In this document: positions 39,245 through 42,713 of the stretch, piece by piece
Position numbering within the stretch: position 1 is the stretch's first letter
Layout: every line of letters begins with the position of its first letter
Virus record (IMG/VR): IMGVR_UViG_3300045988_116821
Direction: 5' to 3' (one strand)
Source of the DNA: a virus
Length of the DNA stretch: 42,713 nt
The notes under the pieces: model-generated
The model's database searches: none
What the model was told of the DNA's origin: nothing
The model's input: the letters and a program-made list of their open reading frames with translations, nothing else
Program-made: the position numbers and the translations under genes

Positions 39245-39693
39245 CAGGCGTTCTCGATTTCCTCCAGAAGGGATACCGCTGTTTTCTCCGGTAAAAAACC
39301 CGATACCACCATGAGCGGGATCAAAATCTTCTGATAGAGTTCCAGCTGACTGTTCCCTTCATCGATCCATGCGTCATACAGCTTCTGCACATCCTGATAA
39401 TCAATCCCATGCTCCCACGGTGACATTGCTTCCTGGATGATCGTCAGCATCACGGAAAGCGGCGGAATATCATCGATCATATTCATGAGATTCTGTCTGT
39501 ACTTATTTTCCAGGCGTCCGATTCCGGAAGCTTTCAGTTTCATCTTGAAGCTCCTGCCGCCTACATTCCAATAAGCAAAGGGCTGTCTCTTTTTCTTCTG
39601 TTCCTCCAGATTGACTACTTTTTCCTCTGGAGCCTGTGTCTCATTCTGGGCAGAAGCTCCGCCCAGATCCTGAATGCCTTCAAAATTCATCAT
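39244..39693 (-). CDS. Tail assembly chaperone candidate
   Basis: 149 aa between the major tail and tape measure genes. Confidence 0.55.
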   Translation of the reverse strand: MMNFEGIQDLGGASAQNETQAPEEKVVNLEEQKKKRQPFAYWNVGGRSFKMKLKASGIGRLENKYRQNLMNMIDDIPPLSVMLTIIQEAMSPWEHGIDYQDVQKLYDAWIDEGNSQLELYQKILIPLMVVSGFLPEKTAVSLLEEIENA

Positions 39694-39706
39694 CTTTTAT
39701 TCCTCC

Positions 39707-40129
39707 TTACGCCGGATCTGTCTGTTTGATCTCAGACTGTACGGCCATGGTCACCTCAAACTCGATCACACCATTTACTCCACCGCCTGTACGTTTTACG
39801 GAAAACTGTGCAGTAAACTCGGTAACTGTTCCATCTTTTGTTTTTTCCTGGAAATCCCAGATCTCTTTTTTGTCTGCTGCATCTCTCATAAGCCTGTACG
39901 GGCTTCCGGCTTTACTGTTGTCGTACTTCCATTTGTACTTCATATCCGGAAGGTCTCCAATGCCTTCCTCGTACATCTTGTGCGGATCTGTAAGGCAGGT
40001 GTTTTCCTCCTTATCCAGTTCCACTCCGACTTCCGGGATCTCTTTCAGTCCTGGAAGATCTGTGTAAGCTGCAGAGTTTTCTCCAGCTGTGTGTTTTCTG
40101 TAACCTAATGTTGCTCCATTTGCTAACAT
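39707..40129 (-). CDS. Major tail protein
   Basis: 140 aa, position after the head-tail joining genes. Confidence 0.65.
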   Translation of the reverse strand: MLANGATLGYRKHTAGENSAAYTDLPGLKEIPEVGVELDKEENTCLTDPHKMYEEGIGDLPDMKYKWKYDNSKAGSPYRLMRDAADKKEIWDFQEKTKDGTVTEFTAQFSVKRTGGGVNGVIEFEVTMAVQSEIKQTDPA

Positions 40130-40141
40130 CGCTATTCCTCC

Positions 40142-40510
40142 TTATCTCCAATACACGCTGTCAGAATCCATATCAATGATCCCTTCGTAGCGCATCTGTT
40201 TATGCTTCATCCCTGACGGATCCGGCACATCTGCACATGCGATCCGTTTCAGGCCTGTCACTTTCATCGCTTCATCTACCTGCAGAGCTGCTTCTGAAGT
40301 GCTGTGATTGTTCCAGATATCGATCCGGTATCTTACAAGGGCTTTATCCTCTCTCATTCCTTCAGCATCGGAGCTGGCTTCGTATACATCGTTCTGCTCT
40401 TCGGTATACTGGAGCGTTGAGCCCTCCGCCCAGGAACGGGGATAAGCATCTGAAACATTTTCGGACACCGTGCACAGTGCCGCGTACACCTGATCTTTTA
40501 CATTCTTCAT
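40142..40510 (-). CDS. Tail completion / head-tail joining protein
   Basis: Position and size (122 aa). Confidence 0.55.
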   Translation of the reverse strand: MKNVKDQVYAALCTVSENVSDAYPRSWAEGSTLQYTEEQNDVYEASSDAEGMREDKALVRYRIDIWNNHSTSEAALQVDEAMKVTGLKRIACADVPDPSGMKHKQMRYEGIIDMDSDSVYWR

Positions 40511-41016
40511 ATATCCTCCAAATCTGACGCAAGGCTTCCGCCCAGCACCTTTAAGATCTGTTCTTCGTTATCCTTCATAGCCGGATACAGGAACGGATAG
40601 GCCGGATTTCCGCTGCATCTATAGAATCTTCCATCCGGCGTGTCCATATATGGCCAACGGTACTTTTCAGCCACTCTTCTGTCTATCTGGCTTTCATGGA
40701 TCCACCATGGCTGTTGAGTATAGACCGGAGTTACTTCCGGAGAGATGCCGGCATGTTTCTCCTGGCCTTTCGGTCCGGTTCCGAACTCTATGTACGGAGC
40801 ATAAGCTTTGTCTGTCCAGCAGATCCCTGTGACAGAGTTTTCTTCCTCTGTGGTTTCCGCAAAAATGCTCTGCCGGAGTTCTCCGGTATCTGCATGGCAA
40901 TTCTCAACTGCTGCTGACCGTACAAACTGGATCGCTTCTCCAACTGCCTGCCGGGTGTCCAACTCGGACACCTCCTGCAAAGCTTTCTCCACTTCATCAA
41001 ATCCATTTACACTCAT
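40507..41016 (-). CDS. HK97 gp10-like head-tail joining protein
   Basis: ATG 41016 with SD GAGGTGG; MSVNGFDEVEKAL... N-terminus typical of the family. Confidence 0.6.
   Translation of the reverse strand: MSVNGFDEVEKALQEVSELDTRQAVGEAIQFVRSAAVENCHADTGELRQSIFAETTEEENSVTGICWTDKAYAPYIEFGTGPKGQEKHAGISPEVTPVYTQQPWWIHESQIDRRVAEKYRWPYMDTPDGRFYRCSGNPAYPFLYPAMKDNEEQILKVLGGSLASDLEDI
40954..40972. repeat. GTGTCC-N5-GGACAC palindrome, copy 4 (inside the gp10-like gene)
   Basis: GGTGTCCAACTCGGACACC, 7-bp perfect arms. Confidence 0.85.
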
Positions 41017-41387
41017 ATCTTTTCCACCTCTATGGTAAGGAAACGATATGGTTTGATGGATATGATCCGATAGTCTGGAAGCTGATCTGCTGCCACATAT
41101 AGACAAATCCCGTCCCGTTCCTCTATATCCGTTCCATCTTCCAGGATATAATGCAGCCGGCTTTTTCCATCCGTCTGGATCTTATAGTTTCCCTGTATCC
41201 GGATATTCCGGATATAATTCAGTTTCTGGCCGTACTGCTCAACCTGTACTTCTCCAGATGCCGGCCAGCTTTCTCCGGTAACAGAAGAGGCAGCACCATA
41301 TTCCTCGCTGGTACTGCCTTCTTTATCTTTCTTTACCGTCATTTTCTTATGGAAAAATTCCTCAAGTCTGCTTCTTCTCAGCCTCAT
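41013..41387 (-). CDS. Head closure / head-tail adaptor protein
   Basis: Position. Start uncertain (41387 or ATG 41342). Confidence 0.55.
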   Translation of the reverse strand: MRLRRSRLEEFFHKKMTVKKDKEGSTSEEYGAASSVTGESWPASGEVQVEQYGQKLNYIRNIRIQGNYKIQTDGKSRLHYILEDGTDIEERDGICLYVAADQLPDYRIISIKPYRFLTIEVEKI

Positions 41388-41691
41388 AAGTCTTTCCTCC
41401 TACTCTGGCCAGGCGATACCGGTTCAGCGTGTCGTAGATCTGTTTCGGCGCATCCTCAAAAGTATAACTCTCTCCACCCTCACTTCTGGACTTTTCCCCC
41501 TCTGTTCCCATCCGGTTCAAAGCGATCACAGCAAGATCCCGGACTGCCTTTTCCAGCCCGGTCCTTAACTGTTTGCGATTGGTGTAGGACAGCACGAAAG
41601 CTTCAGCTTCATCCAGAAGGACAGACAGAAGTTCCTCATTCTTTTCTCCGGTCAGGATCTTCAGCTTTTTGATATCTTCTGCTGATGCCAT
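41362..41691 (-). CDS. gp6-like head-tail connector protein
   Basis: N-terminus ...LKILTGEKNEELLSVLLDEAEAFVLSYTNRK typical of this family. Confidence 0.65.
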   Translation of the reverse strand: MASAEDIKKLKILTGEKNEELLSVLLDEAEAFVLSYTNRKQLRTGLEKAVRDLAVIALNRMGTEGEKSRSEGGESYTFEDAPKQIYDTLNRYRLARVGGKTYEAEKKQT

Positions 41692-41695
41692 CGTA

Positions 41696-41935
41696 TCACC
41701 CTTTCAGGATTGCCAGAAGGTCCGCTTTTGCCAGGGAGGAGACACCGGTCAGTCCTTTCTCCTTTGCAAGAGTTTTCAGTTCTTCAACTGTCATATCCTC
41801 GATGTCCTTACCGATTTTCTCTTCCGGTACTGTGTCTGGTGTGGCTTTTTTCATCGGTGTGAAGCCATCACTGATCAGCTTTTCTGCTGCAGATCCTTCC
41901 GCTTCTCTTTCTACATTTTTACGGATCAGCCTCAT
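41696..41935 (-). CDS. Rho-N/SAP-like small protein
   Basis: MTVEELKTLAKEKGLTGVSSLAKADLLAIL motif. Confidence 0.6.
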   Translation of the reverse strand: MRLIRKNVEREAEGSAAEKLISDGFTPMKKATPDTVPEEKIGKDIEDMTVEELKTLAKEKGLTGVSSLAKADLLAILKG

Positions 41936-42713
41936 GCTTTCGCCTCCTGGATGCTCAGATAGATGGAATCCAGTTTATTATCCAGAATCCACATATCATG
42001 GAAACGGCGGTAATCCATCTGCCATGCGTTCAATTTCTGGTTTGTTGTCGGGTCGAAGATACGCATGATATCCTGTTTTGTGACAGCGATTGGCGTGGTT
42101 ACAGGGCAGATGAAAAAGTTCAGGTTCTTTGCAGATGTTCCTTTTTCATATCCGCCTTTTTCCTGGCCACTATCTTTACCGTTATTGATCTTGATAGCTG
42201 TGTACATACGGTTGGAAGGTGTGGAAACCAGCGGTACACCATCTACAGAAGGAACCTGTGTCTGAATTCCGCCTTTAGAGAAGGTCACTGCAGTGATCTT
42301 GCCCGCAAGTTCCAGTTCCAGCTCCATAATAAAGTCCGGTGTTGCCTGGCAGATAAGAGCTCCGTTATAGTTTTCTCTTACCGCTTTGATCCCTTCTTTC
42401 AGCTTACGCAGAGCAGATGTAGAAGCAGTTCCCGGTACATAAGATTCTCCGATCATTCCTGCTTTATCTGCAGTAAGTGTTTCTGTGGCCAGCTTGCTGA
42501 TACGGTACGCATCGATCTCCGGAACTACCTGTGTCCTCTGGAACTCTCCCATAACTGCACCGGCAGTCGGGATAAAGTTTGCCTCGTTGATATCCATCGG
42601 ATCCAGCTGGAAGAGACGGCCACGGTCCTGTGTCATTTTTCTGGTCTCGTACTCCAGGGTAACGGAGCCGCGCTGGTATCCAGCCTCACGGTCATAGTCG
42701 CCCATTCCCTGAA
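41932..42713 (-). CDS. Major capsid protein, C-terminal part (continues from 1..206 across the circular junction)
   Basis: In frame with 1..206 through the overlap; stop at 41932. Confidence 0.85.
   Translation of the reverse strand, partial: QGMGDYDREAGYQRGSVTLEYETRKMTQDRGRLFQLDPMDINEANFIPTAGAVMGEFQRTQVVPEIDAYRISKLATETLTADKAGMIGESYVPGTASTSALRKLKEGIKAVRENYNGALICQATPDFIMELELELAGKITAVTFSKGGIQTQVPSVDGVPLVSTPSNRMYTAIKINNGKDSGQEKGGYEKGTSAKNLNFFICPVTTPIAVTKQDIMRIFDPTTNQKLNAWQMDYRRFHDMWILDNKLDSIYLSIQEAKA
42659..42713. repeat. 55-bp terminal duplication, second copy
   Basis: Identical to 1..55. Confidence 0.95.

Noticed and set aside
39238-39250. Programmed -1 frameshift between the two tail chaperone genes
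   Set aside because: The two ORFs simply abut with a TGATG stop/start overlap. I saw no slippery heptamer or extended overlapping frame.

Overview
The window is a complete, circularly closed temperate tailed-phage genome (siphovirus-type layout, Firmicutes-style Shine-Dalgarno (SD) sites and extended -10 promoters). The first 55 nt equal the last 55 nt, so the unique length is 42,658 bp, and the major capsid gene is split across the window ends. Most genes are on the minus strand: terS, terL, portal and MuF; a small accessory island; scaffold, capsid, connectors and tail; a 1186-aa tape measure; a 1993-aa collagen/lectin-type tail fibre; and holin/endolysin. A plus-strand lysogeny block carries a large serine recombinase, a secreted Ig-like moron and an XRE repressor-DUF4160-DUF2442-M78 peptidase operon. 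It faces a Cro-like early operon that runs into a plasmid-like module of HUH rolling-circle Rep, RNase H-like protein, ParA and ParB-like protein. No rRNA, CRISPR array, transposase or reverse transcriptase was seen. The non-textbook items are: (1) three paralogous promoter/5'-leader cassettes with a covarying hairpin, each driving a small plus-strand gene that converges on and overlaps a minus-strand early gene; (2) four dispersed GTGTCC-N5-GGACAC palindromes, two in or next to the parB-like gene, as candidate centromere sites of a phage-plasmid; (3) two predicted small plus-strand RNAs with strong promoters and intrinsic terminators, one a countertranscript-like RNA upstream of rep and one inside a second self-contained XRE-M78 cassette; (4) a tRNA-like gene with a non-canonical anticodon region; (5) a tandem DUF2829 (Tad2-like) protein and a MuF protein with a long C-terminal extension plus an overlapping small acidic ORF; (6) an 84-nt multi-helix RNA candidate followed by a terminator; (7) an identical 16-nt GC-rich palindrome present twice. 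All functional calls come from reading motifs by eye. No database search was run.
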